63,850 bases of DNA from Gemmiger sp. (GTDB lineage: Bacteria; Bacillota; Clostridia; Oscillospirales; Ruminococcaceae), in assembly GCA_963629755.1 (NCBI GenBank), contig CAVGKH010000001.1, positions 1 through 63,850 on the forward strand, given 5' to 3'. Within the stretch, counting starts at the first letter, position 1; every line of letters starts with the position of its first letter. A program made the translations under genes and the position numbers. This document shows, piece by piece, positions 8,928 through 17,979 of the stretch. Below the pieces are notes generated by a model. That model was not told the DNA's origin. It saw only the letters and a program-made list of their open reading frames with translations, and did no database searches.

Positions 8928-10244
8928 ATGGATCGTATTGAAGAAAAGATCTTGCAGATCATTGATGAAAATGCACCTCGCCTGCAGGCATTGGCCGAAG
9001 ATATTTTCGACCACGCCGAGCAGGGCTTTCACGAATACCGCACGGCCAAACTGGCCGCCGATTTTCTGCGTGAACTTGGCCTTGAACCTACCGAGGGCCT
9101 TGCCATTACCGGCGTAAAGGCTTCCATCGGCCAGGGTGGGCCCAATGTAGCCCTGGTGGGCGAGCTGGACGGCTTGAGCTGCCCCACACACCCGCATGCT
9201 ACCGAGCAGGGCTTTGCCCACGCCTGCGGCCACTATGCGCAGATGGTCTCTATCCTGGGCGCAGCCTTGGCGCTCTGTGACCCCGAGGTAAAAGCAGCCC
9301 TGGGCGGCACAGCCACTATTTTTGCGGTTCCCGCTGAGGAGTTCCTTGATGCCTCGGTGCGCGCTGAGGTGAAGCAGAGCCACGGCGTGCGCTACTCGGG
9401 CGGCAAGAGCGAGTTGATCCGTCTGGGTGCCTTTGACGATATCGACATGGCGATCACCGACCACAGCCTGATGGCTGGGCGCGACAGCGGCGCCGACCTT
9501 ATGCTGGGCAACAGCGCCTGCAGCGGCTTTGTGGGCAAAACCGTGTATATCCACGGCAAAGCCGCCCACGCCGCAGCTGCACCGCATGCGGGCGTGAATG
9601 CTCTGAATGCCGCCAGCCTCGGCATGGCCGCTCTGGGCATGATCCGTGAGACCTTCCAGGAGAAAGACTATGTGCGTGTGCACCCCTATATCCGCAAGGG
9701 CGGCGAGGCCATCAACATTGTGCCCAGCGAGGTAGTGGTGGATATGATGGTTCGTGCCTCCAACCTGCCCGCCATTGAAGAGACCAGCAAAAAGGTAGAC
9801 CGCGCTTTCCGCGGTGCAGCCATGGCCATTGGGGCTGACTGCGAGATCGTGGATGCCCAGGGCTACATGCCTGTAAAAGAAACTGCCCCCTGCGAGCTGC
9901 TGTGGCAGGCAGCCCAGCCCCTGATCGACCGCGGCGTAAACACGGTGGGCATTCCCCTTGGCCAGCAGAACACGGCCTCTACCGATGTGGGTGATCTGCA
10001 GGCCATTATGCCCGTGCTCAACTTCACCTTCGGCGGCACCAAGGGTGCGCTGCACAGCCAGGATTTTGCCGTGACCGACCCCTACATCGCCAACCTGATG
10101 CCTGCCCAGATGATGGCGCTTACTGCCTATCACCTGCTGAAAGATGGCGCAGCCGAGGCCAAAAAGATGCTGGCGGAGCAAAAGCCCGCCATGACCAAGC
10201 AGGAATACCTCGATTATGTAGAAGCCATGCACAAAGGCGAATGA
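8928..10244 (+). CDS. M20 family metallopeptidase/amidohydrolase (AbgB-like)
   Basis: 438 aa. HACGH metal-binding motif (GFAHACGHYAQ). GGGAGG RBS. Confidence 0.7.
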   Translation: MDRIEEKILQIIDENAPRLQALAEDIFDHAEQGFHEYRTAKLAADFLRELGLEPTEGLAITGVKASIGQGGPNVALVGELDGLSCPTHPHATEQGFAHACGHYAQMVSILGAALALCDPEVKAALGGTATIFAVPAEEFLDASVRAEVKQSHGVRYSGGKSELIRLGAFDDIDMAITDHSLMAGRDSGADLMLGNSACSGFVGKTVYIHGKAAHAAAAPHAGVNALNAASLGMAALGMIRETFQEKDYVRVHPYIRKGGEAINIVPSEVVVDMMVRASNLPAIEETSKKVDRAFRGAAMAIGADCEIVDAQGYMPVKETAPCELLWQAAQPLIDRGVNTVGIPLGQQNTASTDVGDLQAIMPVLNFTFGGTKGALHSQDFAVTDPYIANLMPAQMMALTAYHLLKDGAAEAKKMLAEQKPAMTKQEYLDYVEAMHKGE

Positions 10245-10269
10245 TCCTGATCTATAATACATAAAATAT

Positions 10270-10301
10270 GGCCCGCCGCACAAAATTCCGTGCGGCGGGC
10301 C
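10270..10301. terminator. bidirectional intrinsic terminator
   Basis: 12-bp stem GGCCCGCCGCAC/GTGCGGCGGGCC between convergent genes. Confidence 0.8.
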
Positions 10302-10322
10302 TTGCTTTATGCTATAAACGAT

Positions 10323-11504
10323 TTAGTTTTCTGCATGGGCGTTCAGATAGTCCAGTGCAAACTGTGCGTAGATGCCCGTACCGTTCGGCAGCACCGATTC
10401 ATCCACATCAAACAAGGGGTTATGATGGTTGGCCGTGATGCCCTTTTCTTCATTGCGAATACCCAGATAGCCGTAAATGCCGGGGGCCTTGGTCAGATAC
10501 ACCGAAAAATCCTCGGCGCCGGTCATTTTTTCCAGGTGCATAAGGCAGTTTTCGCCCACCTGGTCTTTGGCGGCCTTTTGTGCCAGGGCCACCAGTTCGG
10601 GGTCATCGTTGATGAGCGGGTCGGGGCCGAAATAATAGTCACAGTCGGCCGTGCAGCCATACACAGCGGCAGCATTTTTTACCGCATTTTCGATCATGCC
10701 GGGCACACGCTCGCGCAGTTCACGGCTGAAGGCACGGCAGGTGCCCACCAACTCTACATGGTCGGCCAGAATATTCATGCGCTGGCCGCCGTTCATGGCA
10801 CCCACCGTAAGCACCAGCGGGTCGCGCGGGTCGTTCATGCGGCTCACAATGCCCTGAATGGCCATTACGGCATTAGCCGCAGCCACCATGGCATCCTTAC
10901 CCAAAAACGGCGTGCTGCCGTGGCTGGCCTCACCATGGATCTGAATAGTAAAGCGATCACTGCAGGCCATGCGGGGGCCGGCCTCAAAGCTGCATTTGCC
11001 CACAGGCAGGTTTACCCACACATGCATGCCAAAAATGGCATCCACATCGTCCAGGCAGCCGCGCTTTACATACTCTTCGCTTTTGCGGCTGATCTCCTCG
11101 GCCATCTGGAAGATCAGCTTCACAGTGCCCTGGATCTCATCTTTTTTCTGCATCAGCACCTTGGCCGCGCCCAGCAGCATGGCGGTATGGCAGTCGTGCC
11201 CGCACGAATGCATAACGCCGTCGTTCACGCTGGCATAGCATGCGCCGGTTTTCTCCTGCATGGGCAGGGCATCGATATCGGCGCGCAGCATCACGGTTTT
11301 GCCGGGTTTTGCGCCCTTGATGGTGCCAATGCAGCCGGTAATATCGTCAAAGGTCTGCACCTCTACGCCGATCTTTTCCAGCTCAGCCTTAATAAACTTT
11401 GTTGTTTCTACTTCCTCGCAGCCCAGCTCGGGGTGCGCATGCAGATAGCGCCGGGTCTCGATCACATAATCCTTCTGCTGTGCAGCCAGTTCCTGAATGG
11501 TCAT
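10323..11504 (-). CDS. M20D amidohydrolase (N-acyl-amino-acid/aminobenzoyl-glutamate hydrolase A-like), copy 1
   Basis: 393 aa. HPELGCEE, MHSCGHDCHTAMLLGAA, GAEDFS motifs. Confidence 0.8.
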   Translation of the reverse strand: MTIQELAAQQKDYVIETRRYLHAHPELGCEEVETTKFIKAELEKIGVEVQTFDDITGCIGTIKGAKPGKTVMLRADIDALPMQEKTGACYASVNDGVMHSCGHDCHTAMLLGAAKVLMQKKDEIQGTVKLIFQMAEEISRKSEEYVKRGCLDDVDAIFGMHVWVNLPVGKCSFEAGPRMACSDRFTIQIHGEASHGSTPFLGKDAMVAAANAVMAIQGIVSRMNDPRDPLVLTVGAMNGGQRMNILADHVELVGTCRAFSRELRERVPGMIENAVKNAAAVYGCTADCDYYFGPDPLINDDPELVALAQKAAKDQVGENCLMHLEKMTGAEDFSVYLTKAPGIYGYLGIRNEEKGITANHHNPLFDVDESVLPNGTGIYAQFALDYLNAHAEN

Positions 11505-12697
11505 TGTGCGCCCTCCTTTGCTGCATTTTCCAGATAGTCATAGGCAAACTGTGCATACTGCGCTGCACCGATGGGCAGTGCCGTATCGCTCACGCGGAAT
11601 TTATCCGAGTGCAGGCTCCAGGTAGCGCCGTATTTCTCGTTGCCAACGCCCAAAAAGGCAAATACCGAGGGAATGCTCTCCATGATATAGCCAAAATCCT
11701 CGCTGCCCATGCCGCTGGGGGTAAATACCACACCCTGCTCGCCCACGATCTTGGCAGCGGCCTGGCGGGCTGTTTCGGCCAGGGCATGGTCTTTATTCAC
11801 TACGGGCTCCTCCAGCCACTGGTATTCCAGCTCTGCCGTGCAGCCCAGTGCCTCGGCCGTTTCTGTTACCAGCTTGCGCATGGCGGGCTCGATGGTTTTG
11901 CGGATCTTCTGGTCAAAGGTGCGGATAGTGCCCTCCATCACGGCGGTATCCGTGATGATGTTGAACTGCGTGCCGGCCTTGATGGTGCCTACCGTGATCA
12001 CCAGCGGGTTGCCGGGGTCATTAAAGCGGCTCACCAGCGTTTGCAGGTTCATGATAATGCTGCTGGCAGCCACAACGGCATCCTTGCCCAAATGCGGGGT
12101 GCTGCCGTGAGACGAAACACCATGCACCGTAAGCACAAAGTTATCGCAGCTGGCCATACGGCGGCCGTCGGCAGCATCGATCTGCCCTTCGGGGATGCCG
12201 GGCCACACATGCATACCGTAAGCTACATCCACACCCTTTAAATAGCCCTTATCCAGATAGTAGTGGCTGCCGGTAAAGGCTTCTTCGGCCGACTGGAACA
12301 AAAGCTCCACATTGCCCGAGATTTCGCCCTCTACCTGCTTCAGCAGCTTGGCCGCACCCAGCAGCATGGCGGTGTGGCAGTCGTGCCCGCAGGCATGCAT
12401 CACACCCTTATTTTCGCTGGCATATTTCACACCGCTATTCTCCACAGTGGGCAGTGCATCGATATCCGCGCGCAGCAGCACGGTTTTGCCGGACTTTGCG
12501 CCCTTGATATGGGCAATGCAGCCGTTATAATCATCAAAGTGTGTTACCGGGATACCCAGCTTCTCCAGTTCCGCGATGAGATAGCGCGTGGTTTCTTTTT
12601 CGTGAAAGCTCAGCTCCGGGTGACGGTGCAGCCAATGGCGGTGCTCGGTGATCTCAGCCTCCATGGCGCATGCAGGATCTTTAAAGTTCATAAGCAT
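11501..12697 (-). CDS. M20D amidohydrolase, copy 2 (tandem paralogue)
   Basis: 398 aa. HPELSFHE, MHACGHDCHTAMLLGAA, GSEDFG motifs. 4-nt overlap with copy 1. By eye roughly half of positions are identical to copy 1. Confidence 0.8.
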   Translation of the reverse strand: MLMNFKDPACAMEAEITEHRHWLHRHPELSFHEKETTRYLIAELEKLGIPVTHFDDYNGCIAHIKGAKSGKTVLLRADIDALPTVENSGVKYASENKGVMHACGHDCHTAMLLGAAKLLKQVEGEISGNVELLFQSAEEAFTGSHYYLDKGYLKGVDVAYGMHVWPGIPEGQIDAADGRRMASCDNFVLTVHGVSSHGSTPHLGKDAVVAASSIIMNLQTLVSRFNDPGNPLVITVGTIKAGTQFNIITDTAVMEGTIRTFDQKIRKTIEPAMRKLVTETAEALGCTAELEYQWLEEPVVNKDHALAETARQAAAKIVGEQGVVFTPSGMGSEDFGYIMESIPSVFAFLGVGNEKYGATWSLHSDKFRVSDTALPIGAAQYAQFAYDYLENAAKEGAQ

Positions 12698-12744
12698 ATC
12701 TCCTGATTTTTGGTTCCGATTTTCAAATTCTTATTACACACCAA

Positions 12745-12778
12745 AGAACGGCCCGGAAAACCCAGGCCGTTCTTTTTT
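12745..12778. terminator. hairpin between abgT and the M20D pair
   Basis: Stem AGAACGGCCCGG AAAA CCCAGGCCGTTCT. The T-run is strong on the plus strand and only TTTGG on the coding (minus) strand. Confidence 0.45.
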
Positions 12779-12801
12779 ATCAGCATTGCGCCGATTTTTT
12801 A

Positions 12802-14352
12802 TTAAAGGTAGATGCCGCCGCCAGGGCCCAGGGGCAGGTTGAAGCCGACCCATACGATCACCTGGATGATCCAGGTAATGGCGAAGGTCACCGAGAAGGG
12901 CAGCATGTTGGCAATGATGGTGCCAAGGCCCACATTCTTGTCATACTTGCGGGCGAAGCCCAGAATAACGGGCATATAGGTGAACAAGGGGCTCAGGGGA
13001 TTGGTGATGGAGTCGCCGATACGGTACACCACCTGGGTGATAGCCGGATCGTAACCCATCAGCATCATCATAGGCACGAATACGGGTGCCAGGATAGCCC
13101 ACTTAGCAGAAGCCGAGCCGATAAAGATATTCACGAAACCGGCCACAATGATAAGGCCGATCATCAGAGGAATGCCGGTGAAGCCAATGCTCTTCAGGCC
13201 GTCTGCGCCGCTGATAGCCAGCACAGTGCCCAGTTTGGAAACGCTGAAGAAGTTGGTGAAGATGGAGATAAAGAAGCACATGAACACATAGTTGCCCATC
13301 TCGGCAAAGCCCTGGCTGATATCTGCCCATACATCTTTATCATTCTTATACTTACCGGTTGCAATGCCGTAAGCCAGGCCGGGCACAAACAGAGCCAGCG
13401 TAACGCTGAACACGATACCCTTGGTAAAGGGTGCGCCGCCAGAGGTGATAGAGCCGTTTTCATCGGCCAGCAGGGCGCGGCCGCCAAATACGGGCACGCT
13501 CATGAGCACCAGAACGATCACGAATACCACGAATGCAATACCGGCAACGCCCAGAGCCTTCTTTTCCTTATCGCTCAGGTTGCCTGCGTTCTCATCAAAG
13601 TCGTATTCCTTCAGCTTTTCAGGGGTCATGGGGAAGCGATGCACCAGCACCTTTTCGGTGAGCACGGTGCCAACGATGGTCAAGATCAGGCAGGATACCA
13701 GCAGGAAGTACCAGTTGATAGCCATAGAGGTAGAATAAGTCGGGTCGATCAGCTGTGCAGCGGCCTCGGTAAAGCCGTAAGCCAGTGCATCCGAAAGGCC
13801 CAGCAGCACATTGCCGCAGAAACCGGCAGCCACAGAGGCAAAGGCAACATACATGCCCAGCAAGGGGCTGCGGCCAATGCTCATGTACAGAATAGCAGCC
13901 AGCGGGGGCAGCACGATGAAGCCTGCATCGCCCGCGATGTTCAGGTTGATGCCCAGGAAGATAATGACCATAGACACGATCCAGCCCTTGGATTTACCCA
14001 AAAAGCGCTGCATCAAGGCAACCAGAAAGCCGCTCTTTTCGGCCACGGAAGAACCGATCACGGCAACCAGCACCATGCCCAGGGGGGCAAAGCCCGAGAA
14101 GTTGGTGATCACATTGGTCCACAGATAGCGAAGGCCGTCTGCCGAAAGCAGATTGAATACTTCTACCGTAGAGCCGTCTGCCGGGTTCACGGCGGATACG
14201 CCCAAAGCACTGCACAGTGCGCTGATGAGCACAACGATCACGGAAAGGCCCAAAAACAGGGTAATTGGGTCCGGCAGCTTATTGCCGGCGCGCTCGATGG
14301 CATCGAGCATTTTGTCAAGAAAAGATTTCTTGGCTACAGTCTTTTCTTCCAT
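12802..14352 (-). CDS. abgT: AbgT family (p-aminobenzoyl-glutamate type) transporter
   Basis: 516 aa polytopic. N-terminus FLDKMLDAIERAGNKLPDPITLF is characteristic of AbgT/MtrF proteins. Confidence 0.8.
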   Translation of the reverse strand: MEEKTVAKKSFLDKMLDAIERAGNKLPDPITLFLGLSVIVVLISALCSALGVSAVNPADGSTVEVFNLLSADGLRYLWTNVITNFSGFAPLGMVLVAVIGSSVAEKSGFLVALMQRFLGKSKGWIVSMVIIFLGINLNIAGDAGFIVLPPLAAILYMSIGRSPLLGMYVAFASVAAGFCGNVLLGLSDALAYGFTEAAAQLIDPTYSTSMAINWYFLLVSCLILTIVGTVLTEKVLVHRFPMTPEKLKEYDFDENAGNLSDKEKKALGVAGIAFVVFVIVLVLMSVPVFGGRALLADENGSITSGGAPFTKGIVFSVTLALFVPGLAYGIATGKYKNDKDVWADISQGFAEMGNYVFMCFFISIFTNFFSVSKLGTVLAISGADGLKSIGFTGIPLMIGLIIVAGFVNIFIGSASAKWAILAPVFVPMMMLMGYDPAITQVVYRIGDSITNPLSPLFTYMPVILGFARKYDKNVGLGTIIANMLPFSVTFAITWIIQVIVWVGFNLPLGPGGGIYL

Positions 14353-14668
14353 AGGAATTTCTCCTTTCTTTGCGGGGCCGCCTTTGGCTGTACGCCTGCG
14401 GCGGGCAATTTTGCGGCCCGGGGCCGCCCCCTATGCAGAGTGCAGGGCTTCCTAACTTCCCAGCGCTCTTTTTTCGCATTTAGCCAAAAGCTAAAAACGA
14501 AGTATACGAGTATTATAATATATTCTTTTACTCTGGTAAAGTACCTAAAGTAAAAAATTTTAATTTTTTATGAATAAAAAGATATTTATATCTGCATTTT
14601 GTCTTTTGCAGAAAAACATTTTTCTTGTTTTTTATAAATTCTTTTCTTAAATACTGCGTTAAAGTGCC

Positions 14669-14703
14669 AAAAAGCCGTACCTCTGATTTGCCAAAGGCAC
14701 GGC
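14669..14703 (-). terminator. intrinsic terminator of the riboswitch-controlled transport operon
   Basis: Minus strand GCCGTGCC..GGTACGGC stem followed by TTTTT. Confidence 0.65.
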
Positions 14704-14709
14704 TTTCGA

Positions 14710-15804
14710 TCATTCCAATATTCCCAGCTTCTGTGCCTCCTGCACAAGGCGACGGTTTTCCCGGTTCATTGCGCCGAAGGCGTGCTGTGGACACAGTACC
14801 TTTCGGCAGGTGCGCAGCACCTTGAGCGCTCTGTCTGCATCGGCCGCGCTCACCGGTTCAAAGGCCGGGGCTGTTATCACGCTGGCGGCCAGCGCTTTTG
14901 CCACCGGTGTTTCCACATCGTTTTCCGCCAGCACACCGGCTGCGAAGGGCACACCGCGGCGCTGCAGCTGTCGGTAAACCGGTATGCCAGCGCCCCCGCC
15001 GCCGATCACAAATACCTCGGGGCTGCCCTGCGGCGCTTCCAGCTCCAGGCTGCCAAACAGCGCATTATAGCTGCCGTGGGCCACTCCATACAGAGTTTCG
15101 ATATATTCCGGCGTAAAAATCTCCTCTGGCGTACCGCATTTATCAATATGGTCACCCGCAGCGCAAAGCACTTTATCTGAAATTTTCTGCGCCAGATCCA
15201 GCTCGTGCAGGGTCATGATCACAGTCATCTGCCGCTCTCGCACCAGTTCTTTTAAAATAGCCAGCAGCTCAAGCTTATGGCGGATATCCAAAAAAGAAGT
15301 AGGTTCGTCTAATATCAGCATCTCCGGCTCCTGGCAGAGTGCCCGGGCCAGCAGCACGCGCTGCTTCTGCCCGTCGCTGATCCGGTTGAACTGCCGCCCG
15401 GCCAGTTCGGCTGCGTGCACTTTTTGCAGCGCCGCATATACCTTTTCACGGTCAGCCGCGCTCAAAATGCCCAGGTGGCCGGTGTAGGGGTAACGCCCTG
15501 CGGCCGCCGCCTCAAAGCAGGTCATCAGCTCGGGGCGGCTGCGCTCGGTAAGCATTACCGCCATACGGCGGGCAGCCTCTTTTGCGTTCAGTTCGGCAAG
15601 GGTCTGCCCGTCCAGCACCGCGCGCCCGCCCAGCGGGGCCAGCTGCCGTGCAATGCTTTTCAGCAGCGTGGTTTTGCCTGCGCCGTTGGGGCCAATCAGC
15701 GTTACGATCTCACCTTTTTCAGCACAGAACTCCACCTCGCGCAGAACCGGCTTTTTGCCATAGCCGACTGACATTTTTTCCGTAAAAAACCATCGTTTTT
15801 CCAT
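14710..15804 (-). CDS. iron-siderophore/cobalamin-type ABC transporter ATP-binding protein with C-terminal extra domain
   Basis: Walker A GPNGAGKTT, LSGGQ-equivalent ISDGQKQR, Walker B ILDEPTSFLD. About 110 extra C-terminal residues. Confidence 0.8.
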   Translation of the reverse strand: MEKRWFFTEKMSVGYGKKPVLREVEFCAEKGEIVTLIGPNGAGKTTLLKSIARQLAPLGGRAVLDGQTLAELNAKEAARRMAVMLTERSRPELMTCFEAAAAGRYPYTGHLGILSAADREKVYAALQKVHAAELAGRQFNRISDGQKQRVLLARALCQEPEMLILDEPTSFLDIRHKLELLAILKELVRERQMTVIMTLHELDLAQKISDKVLCAAGDHIDKCGTPEEIFTPEYIETLYGVAHGSYNALFGSLELEAPQGSPEVFVIGGGGAGIPVYRQLQRRGVPFAAGVLAENDVETPVAKALAASVITAPAFEPVSAADADRALKVLRTCRKVLCPQHAFGAMNRENRRLVQEAQKLGILE

Positions 15805-15808
15805 CGGC

Positions 15809-16831
15809 TCAGCCCTCCTGCCCGGGTCGGCGCAGCATCATCCAGATCACGATCGGCGCGCCGAACACCGCCGTTACCGAGCTGATGCTCAGCTCGGTGG
15901 GCGCAAACAGAGTTCGCGCGACCAGATCGCAGCCCAGGCAGGCCGCGCTGCCGCCCAAAAAGCAGGCCGGCAGCAGCACCAGGGGCCGCCCGGTGCCAAA
16001 CAGGGCACGCATCAGCTGCGGCACTGCGATGCCCACAAAGCTGATAGGCCCCGCAAAGGCCGTAACGCAGGCCGAAAGCAGACTACTTACCAAAATCAGC
16101 GCCGCACGAAAGGCCCGTACATTCACGCCCAGGCCCGCCGCAGCACTTTCGCCCAGGCGGTAGGCATTCATGGGCTTTGCCAGCGCCAGGCAGGCCAGAA
16201 ATCCCGCTGCCGCCACCAGCGCCATCACGCGCACTCCGCCCCAGCTCATGCCGGAAAAGCTGCCCAGCGACCAGTTATGCAGATTCACGATGTTGGAGTC
16301 CTCGGCGAAGGTCACGGCAAAATCTGTAATGGCCGAGCAGATATACCCGATCATTACGCCGCCCACGATCAGCTGGCTCATGCGCCGAATTCGCACTGAG
16401 AGCAGCAAAATAAACCCGGTAGCGGCCAGCGCGCCCAAAAAGGCTGCTCCGATCATGCCCCACGAGCCCAGGGTCACGCCGCGCCCCAGCAAAAAGATCA
16501 TGGTCATGGCCACAAACAGCTTGGCCCCCGAAGAAATGCCCAGCACAAACGGCCCGGCAATGGGGTTTGAAAAATAGGTTTGCAGCAGGTAGCCGCTCAC
16601 GGCAAGGCAGCCGCCCAGCAGCAGGGCTGCCAACGCGCGCGGCAGGCGGATGGTGCGCACAATGCCCTCGGCCAGCGCATTTTTGCCCGGTGAAAGCAGT
16701 GCCTGCACTACCTCGGCGGGCGTAAGGCTCACGCTGCCCGCCCCAACACCGGCGGTAAACAGCGCCAGCACCGCCAAAATAAGCGCCGCAAAGCAAACGC
16801 CCCAGCGAAGCGCATCGTGTGTTTGTTCCAT
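15809..16831 (-). CDS. FecCD/BtuC family ABC permease
   Basis: 340 aa, about 9-10 TM helices. Motifs GAGSVSL and TIRLPRALAALLLG. Confidence 0.85.
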   Translation of the reverse strand: MEQTHDALRWGVCFAALILAVLALFTAGVGAGSVSLTPAEVVQALLSPGKNALAEGIVRTIRLPRALAALLLGGCLAVSGYLLQTYFSNPIAGPFVLGISSGAKLFVAMTMIFLLGRGVTLGSWGMIGAAFLGALAATGFILLLSVRIRRMSQLIVGGVMIGYICSAITDFAVTFAEDSNIVNLHNWSLGSFSGMSWGGVRVMALVAAAGFLACLALAKPMNAYRLGESAAAGLGVNVRAFRAALILVSSLLSACVTAFAGPISFVGIAVPQLMRALFGTGRPLVLLPACFLGGSAACLGCDLVARTLFAPTELSISSVTAVFGAPIVIWMMLRRPGQEG

Positions 16832-16836
16832 ACTGC

Positions 16837-17979
16837 TTATCCTTCCAGCTTATACAAATACTTTCCCTCGGTAAAATCCGGGTCAGAAAGCATGGTGTGC
16901 ACATCTACCAGAAAATCGGCCATGCTCATGGTTTCCTGAAAAAAGTTTTTGCCCGTGCAATACACGTGCCCGGCCTTTACGGCATCAAAATCGGCCAGCA
17001 CCGCGCTTTTCTGCAAAAGCTCGCCGATTGAATGCACCTCGCCGTCGATCGTGCTGTTATAAATCAGATAGTCGGCATCTTTAGCCGCTGCGTAAAACTG
17101 CTCCATCTGAACGGTCATGGTCGAGCGGGCGCTTTCATCGCCGTCGTCCAGGGCCAGATAGCTGCCGCCTGCCATTTCGATCATGCGGGCGATATAGTCG
17201 CTGTGTCGCCGCACATTTACTGTCCCGCTTGAGGTAATGTAGAAAAACGCTGCCGTGCCGCCCGCAGCGGGCTGCGAAAGCACCGGCTCTATCTCGGCCA
17301 GCTTTTCGGCATAAAGCTTTTCCGCTTCGGGCAATTTGCCCAGCAAAAGGCCGTACAGCTTGATCCACTCCATACGGCCCAGAGGGCTGCTCTCATAGCT
17401 CGAGCGCTCTACCAGCACCGGAATGCCCAGGCGCTCCAGCTGCTCTTTCACCTCGGGGGAATGCAGGATCATCGTGGATTCTATTGCTGCGCCGCATCCG
17501 CCCTGCAAAAGCTGCTCATAATCCGGTGCACTGTATTTGCCTGCAAAAGCGATCTGCCCGCTTTGCAGGGCCTCTTTCGCCTCGGGGATATACCACCCCT
17601 CGGCGTTCGTGCCCGAATAGGCAATACTGCCAAGGCCCTCTAACGAAACAAAAAAATCCATGGCACTGGTAGCGGCCAGATACGCATTTTCAATCGGTGT
17701 TTCGATCACGGTCATATCCTCGGGCAGACCGCTCGGCACGCATTCGCCGCGCGGGCACAAAAGATATTCACTGTCACCGATCATCAGCTGCGTATAGCCG
17801 CCCTCGAACTGGCGGGCCGAGAATTCATCGGTATATTCCAGCGGCACCTCGCCGGTTTCGGCAAGGCTATCCCAGGCGGGCGCCGCGGTCTGGCTGGCCG
17901 AGCTTTCGGCCGGGGCCGCCGCACAGCCTGCCAAGGCCAGCGCCAGCACCGCCGAAAGCAGCGCTTTTACTCTTTTCAC
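16837..17979 (-). CDS. BtuF/FhuD-type periplasmic-binding-protein lipoprotein
   Basis: Signal peptide with lipobox LALAGC. Class III SBP-like body. Sits directly upstream of the permease. Confidence 0.75.
   Translation of the reverse strand: MKRVKALLSAVLALALAGCAAAPAESSASQTAAPAWDSLAETGEVPLEYTDEFSARQFEGGYTQLMIGDSEYLLCPRGECVPSGLPEDMTVIETPIENAYLAATSAMDFFVSLEGLGSIAYSGTNAEGWYIPEAKEALQSGQIAFAGKYSAPDYEQLLQGGCGAAIESTMILHSPEVKEQLERLGIPVLVERSSYESSPLGRMEWIKLYGLLLGKLPEAEKLYAEKLAEIEPVLSQPAAGGTAAFFYITSSGTVNVRRHSDYIARMIEMAGGSYLALDDGDESARSTMTVQMEQFYAAAKDADYLIYNSTIDGEVHSIGELLQKSAVLADFDAVKAGHVYCTGKNFFQETMSMADFLVDVHTMLSDPDFTEGKYLYKLEG

Noticed and set aside
8757-10283. 508-aa ORF antisense to the AbgB-like M20 gene. 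Similar long antisense ORFs occur at 10290-11537, 11399-12241, 13639-14553, 17697-18932, 18919-20211, 29408-30394, 31481-32722, 43732-44925, 47184-48170, 50159-51130 and 51200-52189.
   Set aside because: These are mirror-frame ORFs typical of GC-rich coding DNA. Their products are low-complexity (Gly/Ala/His/Arg/Gln-rich) with no recognisable motifs or RBS. The opposite strand in each case carries clear family motifs.
12745-12778. Hairpin between abgT and the M20D genes, considered as a true operon boundary.
   Set aside because: On the coding (minus) strand the stem is followed only by TTTGG; the strong T-run is on the non-coding strand. It is kept as a low-confidence feature, not as a finding.
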